The notes under the pieces were generated by a model, which worked only from the letters and a program-made list of their open reading frames with translations, was not told the DNA's origin and ran no database searches. A stretch of 64,000 nt of DNA, from positions 1 to 64,000 of the forward strand of contig NW_021833018.1 of the NCBI RefSeq assembly GCF_006345805.1, in the 5' to 3' direction. Made by a program: the position numbers and the translations under genes. Positions 49,534-62,245 of the stretch are shown here, in pieces. The DNA comes from Octopus sinensis (Eukaryota). How positions within the stretch are numbered: the stretch's first letter is position 1; each line of letters starts with the position of its first letter.

Positions 49534-50146
49534 TCAAAAGTAATTTGGGTCTTTAAATCTTTTAGCCTGGGCAATGATCTTAGTCTCATACTCAGCACGA
49601 TTCTTACTACAAAAGTAGTGACAACCCATACATGTAACAAGTATAAGCCTCGGCCTGTGCCGGATCATTAATGTTTGGTTCGTTCAATAAATTTTGGATT
49701 CCCAATAATATCTAAAAGTTATAATCAGAAAAAACCTGTTTGACAGTCACAGTTGGTCTCCAGTCTTGTTCCTCGTCCAATAAGGATAAGCAGACAGTGC
49801 CAGAAGGATAAATGTTTGGATGGAACAATTGAGGGTCAAAGCGGCCTAATACTGACTACATCAAGCAATACACTTTGGAGGAGTCATGGGATAATCGTCC
49901 TTGAAATACATCTTTAGTGTAAAGAGACCGCCTTCCCAGGGAGTCTATAAGCATGAGAGATTTATGGTTGCCATTTTCTTTCCAGGGATTTTACATTCCC
50001 ATATAAACAGGTTGAGGGTCCCATCTGCGTTTTTCCCCTGTCTTGCGACAAATCCCTTAAAATTATGATTCCGAAGTTACATGTGGGTGGTCCTTTCTCC
50101 ATGATTTTCTCTCTTCGTTCAGACGACCAACGGCGATACTAGACAT
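49534..50146 (-). CDS. UBE2I: SUMO-conjugating enzyme UBC9
   Basis: [22 protein letters not shown]|[14 protein letters not shown]|[15 protein letters not shown]|[29 protein letters not shown]|[21 protein letters not shown]. Five introns of 24-27 nt, one of them GC-AG. Fully intact. Confidence 0.97.
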
Positions 50147-50397
50147 CAAGTTTAATAATATTTTTTAATAAAAAAATTTTAATATATTTTAGACTTTTAC
50201 ATAAATAAATTCAAATTTTAAGGTTAGGAGCAGCAAAACAAAGCTTATACTGCGACAAAACCCATAATACTGATAATTTGTTTCTAAAGTATATTTGCTT
50301 CTAATTAATTTTACTTAAAAAAATTTTTTATTAATATAAAATATTTTTTATTAATAAAATGTTGTGATATTTAAAAATGTAATCTTTGAGTTTTGTT

Positions 50398-51189
50398 ATG
50401 ATTTTAATACGTTGGTGTTGTACCATTCCAGATTATTCCCATTATGAAAAAGTATATGAAAAAATAAGGAACACCAACACTCTAATACGAAAAATAGAGG
50501 AAACTAAACTATTCAATAAAGAGTTACCGCCTCTCAATAAAAGTGATTTAAAACACGTGGATTTGGGCAAGAATTCCCCTACTTTAAATACTAACTCAGT
50601 TTCTATAACAAAAATTTTGCAGTCTACATTACCCCCTAATGGACTGACCTCGAATCTCATTAGTGGAAGTTCTAATAGGACTCTGCTTAGTAATTTTTTT
50701 CATACAGAGTTCTTTTCACGGGATATTCTGAAGAGTGACATCACAATAGCATTAAGACAGAGCACAGAGTTTATTGAGGACTTGATTGAGGACAAGTATT
50801 TTTCCCAACTACCAGTCTCACATAAAAGTCTTTGTTATCACGGAAAAATTGATGGATTATTAAATTTGAGGTAAAGTCTTTATTTTAGTTGAGTTTGTAG
50901 AGACATTGCTCAAGTAATTTTGTGTGAATTAAAAGTTTCCAAAAATCACAGAAGGTCGTTGTTTGCGATTCCAGAACCATGGGCTTTGCAATTGGCAGCT
51001 TATCTCGGCGCTTTGAACTACTCGTTGCCAAATTTTAATATACGGAAATGCGTTCTGTTGGTTGCACATATGGACGGAATGCCAGGAAATTTCCAGTTTT
51101 ATTCTGAACCAGTTTTGGAGTTTTATTGGAAACTTTTTTTAAAACGTTTGAGCATTTTTAGAATAATGGATGGGACAATTTCATATTAG
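50398..51189 (+). CDS. MGME1: Mitochondrial genome maintenance exonuclease 1-like PD-(D/E)XK nuclease
   Basis: SITKILQST, VSHKSLCYHGKIDG, ELKVS, LQLAAYLGALN, LLVAHMDG.P, YWKLFLKRL, colinear with animal MGME1. A 30-nt intron at 50871-50900 joins the two ORFs in frame. Confidence 0.85.
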
Positions 51190-51349
51190 ATTTAAAAAAT
51201 TTAATTTTACATTTTTAAAAATTAATGGCTTTACGTGAATTTAGAATTTATTTTTAGTCATAGTTAATCAAGGTTTGTTAATTTGTTCAATTTCGAGTCT
51301 TGAAATAAAAAATCTTGTCAAAACAAGACTTATTGACAGCAATCTAACT

Positions 51350-52050
51350 CTTTATGATACAAGAGAACAGTGGCGTCAGCTTCATAATCAACACATAATG
51401 CTTTGAGCAGTCTTGATTTAAAGCCTTCTCTCGGATGAAATTGTCGCGGTGAGTAGCTGTTACATCTGGAACATGTTTTTCCAAAAGGGTTTCAACCCTG
51501 ACCTGTCCCCATAAGAGCACTGTTCGTGCAATTTGATCCCATTATTTCCAAAGAAATATCATATTCATCGAAAAAGTCACAATTATGTGGAAAACCTTTT
51601 TTCAGAGGCTCCTATTTCGAGATTTGCAAAGACAAAACTCTTTTGAAATTGAATTTTGTACACTTCCGGTTTTTTTACAATTAGTTGAATGCAATTATCA
51701 ACATTAATATATTCATTTAACTGGATTGAAATTTTTGTGAAAGAATTATTTGTCTAAAACAATTATTTTTAATATCGTCACTGATACAATTATTTGACGA
51801 AGGAATCTGCTGCAGTTTTCGTGAGGCGTCTAGACACAGAACTGTTTTTACCATTCCTAATTCCCACAGTTTAATAAAAGTTTTTGCAATATTAGGTTGC
51901 TTGTTTGATTTCGCAACTTCATATGCTACTTTTAATAACGCCAAAAGTAACGGTTTTCAATGCTAGTAAATCTAAGTTTTAGAAGCGTTTCTTGGATATC
52001 GTTTTCTTATAACTTTCAAACATTCAAAAACATTGTCCCCTTAACTGGAT
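51350..52050 (-). mobile_element. Decayed hAT transposase fragment
   Basis: LKVAYEVAK..IAKTFIK.., CTNSALMG, KSRLLKALCVD. Confidence 0.6.
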
Positions 52051-55000
52051 AGATTTAAAATGTTTGTTCACCTTTGAGATTTTAAATTCAAAATAAAAAA
52101 CTGCATCAAAAATCTCAAATCTGAGATAGACTTCACAAATACTACATTGAAGAAAGTATTACATCAATTAAGCCAAAATAAACGCCTGTAAGTTAATATC
52201 TAAATTGAATAACGATACATCAATTAATTAGAAATAGACGCTTGTAAAATAGCACTTTCCAAAGGCTAGAAATTTTGGTGTTAGAAAAGTTTATAATTAT
52301 GACCAATTATTTAAAATAAAAATATACAGCCATCGTGTTATTAAGACAGTTTCTAAACGGATTAACCTACAATTGCCCAAAAAGATTGGATATGACATTT
52401 TTTGGAACAATCAGCTGGTCTCTCGACAGTCATGGGTCTTCTTAAAGATCCGTACTCTGATTCCAGAAAAAAGAATGTGAGTACACATGCCAATGACACC
52501 ACTGGTTTCCGAATAAGGCATATTTTTAATATGTTCTTTTCTCCTCTAAGTGGCATATATGCTGGAGTCACAATGATTTGACAATTTTTGATTATGAAAA
52601 AGATAAACCGATTTTAACCATCCTGTGGATCCGTATGATTTAACGTTTGGTTTTAACTAAAAGAACGTGGCTCGTACTGATGCTATTCAACATTCTGGAA
52701 GGTCTTAAAACTATGCGTTTTTGATTAGTTCAAAGCTATCATTGGATATACTAACAAGCTCTAACTGATAGTACAAGTTTATTGTTTTTAGAGACCGACG
52801 GATGCTTCGATGAAGGATCTCTCATTTCAGTTTGCCAAGAAGCAATTCTCAAGAAATATTGGTAGTTTCAGATTAATTATTTTCGCGAAAACAGAATAAA
52901 GAGTCGATCACTTGTTTGAGATAAATGAAAAAAAATAAGCTCAAGGTGGCAATCAAAAATTATCTGCTGCGTACAGCGTATCGGGATATTTATGAATACT
53001 ACCTAAAATCAAAGGCATACTACGGTGATGGCATGTGATCTCAATTATGTGAGCGAAACTTTGTAGGTGCAATATTTACAAAAGAAATACAGTAAATACC
53101 CCCAAATTCGCCAATTCTTAGATTCGTTTTTTTGAAAAAATTCTAGTTTCAATGGAAATTCGCCAATTCTGAAATTCGCCACAATGTTTTTAAAATTTTT
53201 AAATAAAAAATAAAAAAATATTGATACATTTTTAAAAAGCATTACGCAACGTGGGTTTAGTACTAATTACACGAGACTTACAATACAACAAAAAATTGAA
53301 ATTTTGCGATATAAGGATGAAAATAAACAATTATCCTGTCAGAGAATTGCTGATAGATTTTCTCATTTGTTTAAAGTAATGATTTCGAAGAGGACAATAA
53401 ACAATATTTCGAAGATGCGTGAAAGGATTTTCGCACAATATAAAAGCGTCAATTTCTCGAAAAAAACTTTAAAAAAGCTGAAATATCCGGAACTTGACTA
53501 AAAACTCGTCAAGTGGATGGATCTTATGGAATCGAAAGGTATTTTTAATAATTTATAGTTTTAAGTTCTTTCTAGGGCAACCGGAAAGTTGCTCTTAAAA
53601 ATGTAAAAAAATTGACCCTAAAAGTCAACTAAATTGCTTTAAAAAATAAAAAAAAGTTGACATAATATGCATAAAAAGTTGCCCTAAGAAACAGAAATTT
53701 ATTTATTAAAGCACAACATTAAATAGTATTTAACATTGTCAGGTAGGAAATTTCTATCTTTGGTTAAAATTTTGTGAAGAATAGAAAATGATCTTTCTAC
53801 TTCACACGATGTTGCCGGGCAATCCAATAATAATGCGCGGTGAAATGGAGTAATTGGTAGCTTAGATAACTCCATTATTTCGAAAATGTCGTTTCTTGAA
53901 ATTCGTAAGCTTATGTAGTCTCGAATTTTGCAGGAATCTTCTTTAAAATCAACATTTTTCAAAAAATGATACGCTCTTAAAATAGTGAATTTATTAGATT
54001 CAATTTCCATTAAAATATCTGTTAATAAATTATATTCCCGGCTTATGTCTTCTAAATTCGTATAAAGAAATTCATTCATAACGGATTCCTTTGCTCTTTG
54101 TACAATAAAGATTCCCATTCTATACCATTACAAATATTGATGATTTTTTGCATAATAGTCAGCAGCATTTAACCAACTGCCCCATCTAGTTACAATGGGC
54201 TCGGGTAGATATCCAATTTTTGTAAATAATTGACGTCCTGAATTATTTTTGACAACAAGTGCTTTGACGCACGATATTAATTTATCTACCTCTGGATAAT
54301 GTGATTTAATTCTGAAGGCACAATTATGTAATAAATGCGCCACACAAGTGACATGAAATAGATTTGAATATAATTGCTTTAATACTTTTTCAGAAGAAAC
54401 CATATATGAAGCAGCATCAGAAATAAGTAAATAAAAATTTTTCCTATCAACATTGAGTTTGCGAATGACGTCATCAATAATTTGACATATAATCGCGGAA
54501 TTGGGAGCTGTATTAATTGCAATACAATCAATTAAAAAAATATTCTTGTGGATTTTTTAACGTTCCATCAAGACAATTAAAAAAAATTAATATACTTCTC
54601 TTTTCCAAAATCACTTTCGTCAATCATTAAAACAATTTGTTCACTTGAAACTGTGTTAATAATTTGTGAAACCATCCTTTCACCAAGAAATGTAACAATG
54701 TCTCTGCATTTGGTTTCCGAAGGAACAGAATGTCCATATTTATTAAAAAAATCAATAATTGATGTATTTCGGAATATTTGCTGATAAAAATGCATTTGCA
54801 AGATCCACGGCAAAACAATCAGCAGTAACCTCATTTTTACTATGAGTATCCAAAGTATTATTCGTATCTGGGATTCTCAGAATATGCTTTTTAGAATGTC
54901 TGTGCTTATCAATAAACCATTGCTTGTTGTTGTTGCATAACCCCGGTCTCACATTAGGGTATGAGACCGGCGGCTAGCAGAAACAACAGCGCCTTCGCGG

Positions 55001-58000
55001 GTTGCTCCCAAAGGACCTCGGGGGAGTGGACAGCAAATTTCCTGCGGACAGGGAGGAGAACAGGGCAGCGGAAAAGGTGATCAGTTGAGTGATCTTCGGC
55101 ACAGCAGAGGTTGCATACCGGGGAGATCACGACGTTCAATGAGTGAGCGTAGGAGTTTAGTGAGTGGTGGTGGCCCGAGCGGAAACGAGCAAGGTTGATC
55201 TGAGCGGAACGCTCCAGAAGCATTTCGGAGGGGTGAACTTCCGGAGGAAGTTTGTTGAGGACAGAGTTAGGCTTCAGCCTTAGAATGGACGACGTTGAAA
55301 TGAAGTCGTGGATTTTTTTCATTGGCTGTGAACATTGGTTTAGGCCATTGATTTTGGCAAGTACCCGGGAGTATAGTTTGGCAGGCGTGTTCTTCAATGC
55401 ACGGCCGTTGTCATTTAGCGTGTTTAGGGCAGTGCAAGGGTGGTAGAGTTTTCGCGAAGCGAATAGGAATTGTGCTCCTCTCATGTTTAGATGTTCCTCT
55501 ATCGGGAGAAGGTTGGTTTCACAGTGCAGATGGTCGATGGGTGTTGATTTCAGGCACCCGGATATGATGCGCATGGCTTTGTTTTGAATTGATTGGAGAG
55601 CCACAGAGGAGCTCATAGAAAGACAGGGAGCCTAACTCGGACTCGCGTAGCTTAGGACAGGGCGAATGTATTGTTTATACACACGTTTGAGAAGTGGTTT
55701 CTGCGCACCAGTGATGCGACCACTTATTGCTTTCAGGATATTTGTGCGCCTGTTAGCCTTGTCAGAGATCTTCGAGACATGTTTATTGAAGGACATTGTT
55801 GGGTCGAAGGTTAGTCCGAAAACAGTGGGGTGTTTTGATAGTGGGAGAACAGAGCCAAAGAGAGATAGGTTGGGATGTATGTTTGATTGTCTTCTGTCGG
55901 AAGATAATAGGGTGACCGAGGACTTGGAGGACGAGGCCTCGAGCCTGTTTTCTCTGAGCCAATTCTCAACGGAGTGAAGTTGTTGCTGAAGGTTGAAGGA
56001 GGCAGCTTTGTAGTCTTCGTGTTTTGAGGCAATAATAATGTCGTCAGCGTAAGATAGTGTCAAGTTGTTAGGATCGTTTGCCGGGAAGTCGTGCAAGTAA
56101 AGATTGAACAGGGATGGAGACAGCACGGAACCCTGCGGTACCCCATTTGGAAGATAGCGTTGTTTGGAACAATGGTCCATGAGGGAGACGTAGCCAATGC
56201 GGCCCGATAAGAAGTTAGCAAGCCAGGATTTGTAGTTTGAGTCTAGGCCGGTCGTGAGAATTTTCTTGGTGAGACCGCAACGGGGGACGCTGTCAAAAGC
56301 TTTAGATATGTCGATGGAAGCTAGAACTGTTCGTTTTGGGGGCCTCTTCACATTGAAACCGTCCAGGACGAACTGGGAAAGCGTTGTTAAGTGAGTGGTT
56401 GTTGAGTGCAGTGGTTTGAAGCCATGTTGGGTGTGGGATGTTGGTAAGTGTTTCGAGACTCGTGAAAGGATTAGTCTTTCGAGGATTTTAGATAGCGTGC
56501 ACAAAAGAGAGATTGTGCGGTAGGAGCTTGGAATGCCAGCCGGTTTGTTCGGTTTGATTAACGGGATGATACGTGATTTTTTCCAAAGAGATGGAATTTC
56601 GTTTTTTACAACGGAATTGTTGAAAATAGACACTATAGCGTTGATGGCGTTGGGGCCAAGTCTTTTAAGGTGGTGGATAGAAATGTTGTCAGGCCCCGTG
56701 GCGGGGGAATTCTTCGAGTTTTTTATACACTGCGAAACTTCGTCTGCAGTGAAAGGCGGTAAGGATTCCGTGCGAGGTAAGCTCCTCCGAGATTTGGCGA
56801 CCTTTCGGTCGTTTTTGTTTGAGGTTTTGTGGCTTAAGGAGGCGTAGTAGTTCATGAGCGAGTTTGCCTCCTGAACCGGATTCAGTGGGATGTTTGAGTT
56901 AGAAGTGGCAGATTCATGGGACTTGGGCTTTTCATAAATCAAATCATTCATGTCCTTTAGGGTCTTCCAGATTTTGGAGCTGTTAGATCTGTAGTCGATT
57001 GAGTTGATAAATTCGGACCACTTAGAATCTGCGTGTAGGTTAATGGCAGCGGTGATTTGTTTGTTTAGGTTAGCCAATTCAATAGAGGACTCGGCAGAGT
57101 GCCTTGATATCTGTTTCAGTTTGTTGCGAGTCTTTATGAGGGATTTCACTTCGTGGCTGTAGTTAGGGCGGAACTTTTCAATTTTTCCTTGGGGGATGAA
57201 ATTTTTGGAGGTGGAAATGATGAGAGCATTAAGGTGATTGACTGCTGCATCAGTCGAGCAAAAGCTGTTAATGTTGAAATTATTCAGAGAGTTTTCTAGG
57301 GCAAGGCGGTATTCGTCCCAGGAAGCTCTTTTGTAGTTAGTGTAACAGCGGCGTTGTAGGTCAATGTTAGATTTTAGCGCATTCTCGATTATGATTGGGT
57401 TATGGTCACTGGTTAGGTCATAAACCACCTTCCAGGAGGTAGCAGAGGCCAGAATAGGAGTACACAGTGAGATGTCGGGAGAGGAGATTGCGTCGCCATT
57501 TCTTGACGGGGTTCTGGTATGGGATGAGGAGTTGTTGAGGATGACTAAACCATCAAGTTGATCAAGTAGAAGAGTTCCTCTTGAGTTGAGGAATTGATTT
57601 TTAAGCCAAATCGGGCTCTTTGCGTTCATATCACCACAGATAAAGACATTACTGAGGGACTGGAGGTTTTGTATTGAAGGTGTCCAACCGTGAGGACAGG
57701 ATGAACACGGAGGGATGTACATGTTCATCAGCCTTCTGGTTGAGCGCCCTGTAGAGACCGTTATAGCCGTCAGCTCAATTACAGGGTCGTTATCGATTAG
57801 TGTGTAAGCTTGTGATGTACAGTTAGAGAAAGGGATTGATTTTCTGATAAGGGTTAAAAGGCCCCCGCCATTTACGGAGTTCGGTATGTCTCGCCGGATG
57901 TATGAGTAACCCGGGAAATCGGGCAGGCGGTTTTTGGGCGAGAGCTTCGTTTCCTGCACCAAAGCAATGTCCACGTCGTACTTCTCCATGAAGGAACAGA

Positions 58001-58067
58001 GTTCAGTGGTCTTGTGGGCGATCCCATTAATGTTTACTTGCAGGATACGAAGTAGGTTCTTCCTGGC

Positions 58068-58150
58068 GGGTCCAGGGTTTTGTTCGATGTCTCCGGAGAG
58101 GAGAAGGGCGAGTTGGGAGTGTAAAAGAGAGGTCCTTGGGAGCAACGGCT
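58068..58150 (-). other. 2A-like StopGo peptide upstream of APE
   Basis: LLPRTSLLHSQLALLLSGDIEQNPG|P matches D(V/I)ExNPGP. Confidence 0.88.
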
Positions 58151-58210
58151 TCGCGCCTGCTCTGCTGCCACCGACGTCACGGAAGGTATCCGATCCGACA
58201 GGGGGGAGGT

Positions 58211-58285
58211 TGTGGGTCTTTTGGTAGTTAATTCCATGAGAAACTATCATTTGCCACCACGAGAAGGTGACCCACATCGACAAAC
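58211..58285 (-). ncRNA. HDV-like self-cleaving ribozyme at the LINE 5' end
   Basis: GUUUGUC GA UGUGGGUC ACC UUCUCGU GGU GGCAAAU GA UAGUU..AACUA CCAAAA GACCCACA. P1 has a G1-U wobble. P2 is 8 bp and P3 is ACC/GGU. P1.1 is UC/GA, and P4 and a J4/2 C are present. G1 is the first base after the TSD. Confidence 0.85.
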
Positions 58286-58947
58286 AAACCATTGCTTATT
58301 AGCAGTAACGTAAGAATTACATAATTTGCAGAATAATTTTCCATCCAGTGAAGATGAAAACTCCTTAGGATATTTATTAACAATAGAAGAAATTCGCTTA
58401 GTGTTGGAACTCCTGTTTTTAGGCATTGTAAAAAAAAAAGCAGTCAACAAAAACCGAAGAAATGACGGTAAGAGTAGAAAATTGACTTTGTTGCTTTTAT
58501 AACTATTTATATATACATTTTTTATCGAAATAATTTGACTAATATCATTTTAACACTATAATTAAACAAAAAACTCAAGTTGACTTTGTTGACTTTCGGT
58601 CGCCCTAGTTCTTTCCTAAAATTATGTACATTTCTAAAAATGCAACAGGAATAATTCAACCAATGGACTTGGAAATTATCAAAACATTTAAAGTGCACTT
58701 TAATAGGCACAAATTATTTTATCTTACTAAAATTTTTGAAACAAAGTTTTGGTTTATGAATCCTATAAAAACATTTAAAACTTAAGGACACTGTTTTTTA
58801 TAAAAATGGCTTGGGAAGACGTATGCTCGAAAACTATTGAAAATTTCTTCAAAAACTGAAAAAATAGATTTTGATGAACAATCTACAGAAAAAATTTTAA
58901 TTGATAATTTAAACAGATATTTATGATCCTAATTTTTTCAATTACAT

Positions 58948-59406
58948 ATGTGTATTTCTCAACAAGTCGATAATATTACTACGAGGTGCATGAAGAAACT
59001 AAACATCTTGAAAGTGTTTCTTCGTAAATGCAGACAGTGGATCAGCTTCCCCGCACGACAAGCATTATACCGGCAATTCATCGAACCCTCCCTTAGCTAT
59101 GCTTGTGAGGCGTGGGGAGGGTTTATCAGTGGAACGAACCGCGTTAAAATCGAGAAAACTCAAGATCGCTTCCAAAAAGCACTACAGGGACCGAACGAAC
59201 ATCTACTCATCGCCCCATTTAATGAAATCTTGACAAGAAACCTCGTGGCTACAGGCCCTAAAACACCACCACCGCGCCCTCACAGAAATTGTGCCGGGAC
59301 AAGGGAGGAGCACCGGGCAAAGTTGAGGACCCTCCTCAGAGAAGCCGGGATCACCTGATTAATTAGTTTTATGTTTTGGACGGTGATCTTGGTTCTAATA
59401 ATAATA
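58948..59406 (+). mobile_element. 5'-truncated LINE 3' fragment with 25-bp TSD
   Basis: KLNILK..LYRQFIEPSLSYACEAW, (TAA)n tail, and identical flanks ATGATCCTAATTTTTTCAATTACAT (58923-47, 59407-31). Confidence 0.88.
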
Positions 59407-59789
59407 ATGATCCTAATTTTTTCAATTACATCAATTTTGGCTATTTTCGAATTATTAAACAGTTCTACTCACATTCAAAAATTATTGATTATATAATGAA
59501 ATTCGCCATTTCTCAAATTCGCCGCAAAAAATGACGGAACCAAAAATGGCAAATTTTGGAGTATTCATTGTATAATGAAAAATGAATGTGGTGTATCGAA
59601 CAGAGAATCGACAAGTCAATAAAAATATCACGTCATATTAAATTGATGTAGTCTCAAACAAATCAAAATAAAGATAAGAAATGAAATTTCAAAGAATGTA
59701 ATGTTTTTATAAGTTTTTGTAGTGTATTTCCTTGTTTTTTTGGTCTATATTAGAGAAGAAAAGAAGGCTTTTTCGGGATTTCTGTTTGT

Positions 59790-62245
59790 TTTTTTCCTTC
59801 CATTTCTTAATGGCTATTTGTTCCGTTTGTAAATCCATCAATAATCGGAAAAAGTCTATTCGGTGTGATTCTTGCTCTTCTTTCCATATTTCCTGTATCA
59901 AGCTGTCAAAGAAATCACTTTCCAGCCTCTCTCGTTGGGTGTGTTCTTCTTGCTCTTGCTTTCCTCCCTCTTATTTAAGTGATGGCCTCCCGTCACCTCT
60001 CCTCCCCCTCTTGACAATCCTTCAGATCCATTTTTGTTGGATTCTGAATCTGTCCTTAAATTTATTTATGATTATCGTGCTTCTTTCCGCATTCCTATTC
60101 GAATCCCAAAATCAGCCCGTATTTCGGTGGCCCAAAACCTTTCTTCTTTGATTGATTCTGTCATTTCTGATCCATCCATTCATAATTGGAATCGTTAATT
60201 CCTTTTCCCAACTTTTGCGTTGGGCTCTCCTGCTCATCGCCCCGGTGCCGGTGGCTCCTTTGTTTCTCTCTTGAAAAAGAATATGAGTCAGTTTATGAAT
60301 GGCTCTCTCGTTCGGTCTCCCTTTTATTTAAAATCTACCGCCAAGCCCTCGTCGAAGGACGCTTCTAAAGGTTTACGGTCTTGGATTAACTCCTGTTTAA
60401 TGTCACATGATGTTCGTCTCTTGTCATCTTCTGATTCTGTCCGTACAATCACCCCCGATGTTGTTCGCATTCTCAAGGAAAAGCACTTTATTGGAAAACC
60501 AGTAATGATGTGGCCCAGTCGTCCTGTTTTCCCTTTTCTGTTTCTTCCAAACAACTTCTGGACGCCTTAAACACCTTTAGGAGTAACAGTAGTGGACTAT
60601 CGACGGTCTCCGCCCTATTCATTTGAGAGACTTAATTTCCGCAATTGGTGATACCGGGAATCGCCTCTTGAATGCTTGCACTAACTTGTGCAATTTATTC
60701 CTAAGCTGCAAAATTGCTAGAATTCTGTTCTTTTCCGCGAATCTTACAGCCTTGGGCAAGAAAGATGGTGGTATCAGGCCTATTGCTGTTGGAAATGTCT
60801 TTCGTCGTTTATTTGCGAAAATCTGTTGCAAGTCCGTTATCCCTTCTATTGGCGAGCAACTGCAGCCAATTCAGTTGGGTGTGGGTGTCCCTGGCGGCTG
60901 GGAGTCTTCTATCCATGCCTCTCGTTGTTTTATTCACGCTTCTACTCATATTCCCCTTGCCTTATTGAAACTAGATGTAACTAATGCCTTCAATTCTCTG
61001 GACCGTGGGCATTTGTTGGAGATCTGTCAAGACCGTGTTCCACACTTGCTTCCCTTTATATCGCTTTCATACTCGCTTCCATCGCTTTTAATCGCCGGTG
61101 GTTCTTTCATTTCTTTGTCCTGTGGGGTCCAACAGGGTGATCCTTTGGGACCATTACTGTTCGCTCTTGTCGTGGATGCCATTGCCCGGGTTAATGAATC
61201 ACCCCTTAATCATTGGTATCTCGACGATTGCATCCTGGGCGGTCCGCCTGGTGTTTTGTTAAAGGACTTAGCCAGTCTAATTCCGGCTTTATCCGACATT
61301 GGTCTGGTTATTAATTCCAGCAAGTCCGAGATTGTCAATCTCTCTGCTGAGCTATCCCTGTTTAAGAACTCCTCTCTTTTTTGCGGACTCCTTCCAGAGT
61401 TGAGACAGACACCCCTGTCTGATCCGGAAATTCTGGGGTCACCGATTCTCGCCGACTCAGTTACACGAATCCTCCTTGCCAAAAAAATCTTTTTGCATCT
61501 CTTTGTGAAAAACGTTCTGCCATTGATCCTCATCCTTCATTTCACATCCTCAAGAACTATCTTTTGATCCCAAAAATCGTTTATATCCTGAGGAGCTCAC
61601 CTTGTTTTTATGTCACGCAAGTGCTGGAATCTTATGATTCCTTGGTTCGGAGTTCTGCGGAGAAAATTCTCAATGTGCATTTCGACGATATTGCCTGATG
61701 TCAGGCTAAACTTCCTGTAAGTCACGGGGGTCTGGCCTCCGTTCCAGTATTGATTTGGCTCTTCCTGCCTTTCTTTCTTCGGCGTCTAGATCATATCTCC
61801 TTGTCCAAAAGATTCTGGAAAAAACTACTGAATCATCGTTGGACTCTGAAATTAATTCGGCCCTTGCTCTTTGGAAACGCAATTTCTCTGAAGTCCCTTC
61901 CGATGTCTTTTCTCAGCGGAATTGGGACAAAATTCTTTGCCGTCGATCTTCAACTGACTTGGAACCACTCTTCGACCAACACAGATTGGCTTGTTTCCGT
62001 TCCGCCTGTCAGCCATACTCACGCTCCTGGCTGAATGCACTCCCTTCTCCGCTTTTGGATACTGTCCTCGATAGGGATTCACTCCGTTTGGGTATCTGTA
62101 ATCGCCTTGGATTCCTTGTCTGCAGACCTCATCCCTGACGTTGTGGGGATAAAGTTGACACCTTTGGGCTACATCCTCTGTCTTGTCGAATGAGCGCCGG
62201 CCAATTTCCTCGGCACACTAAAATTAACAATCTAATTCACAAAGC
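59790..62245 (+). mobile_element. CRE-clade retrotransposon (PHD-like finger, RT, zinc knuckle), 3'-truncated
   Basis: CSVC..IRCDSC..FHISC..WVCSSC, KKDGGIRPIAVG, LKLDVTNAFNS, GVQQGDPLGPLLF, WYLDD, WLNALP, C..RCGDKVDTFGLHPLSC. Confidence 0.9.

Larger units (their letters stand above)
54926..58285 (-). mobile_element. Near-intact Ingi/Vingi-like non-LTR retrotransposon (APE-RT-CCHC, no RNase H)
   Basis: 12-bp TSD AAGCAATGGTTT and (CAA)n tail. Single ORF with APE (QVNING, VQETK, GDMNA, SDHNP), RT (GVPQGS, YADD) and CNLC..DHLFRC. One frameshift near 55620. Confidence 0.93.
53573..58607 (-). mobile_element. hAT element (CGGBP1/DUF659-like transposase) nested in pogo
   Basis: TIRs TAGGGC(A/G)ACC with a perfect 8-bp TSD GTTCTTTC. 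BED-like LFCKLC..KHRHSKKH, LMIDESD, ISDAASYM, HVTCVAHLLHN, TRWGSW, SCEVERSFS. Confidence 0.92.
53090..59570 (+). mobile_element. Old pogo/Tigger element hosting three nested insertions
   Basis: Termini TA|CAGTAAATACCCCCAAATTCGCCA and the degenerate inverse ending 59570|TA. HTH remnant (53304-53520) and FPKIMYISKNATGIIQPMDL near 58610-58680. Confidence 0.75.

Noticed and set aside
9941-50146. PIAS and UBC9 as a SUMO gene cluster
   Set aside because: They are 38 kb apart on opposite strands with unrelated genes between, and there is no evidence beyond chance.
52340-53040. Decayed coding-like segment
   Set aside because: No recognisable motif in any frame, so it cannot be called.
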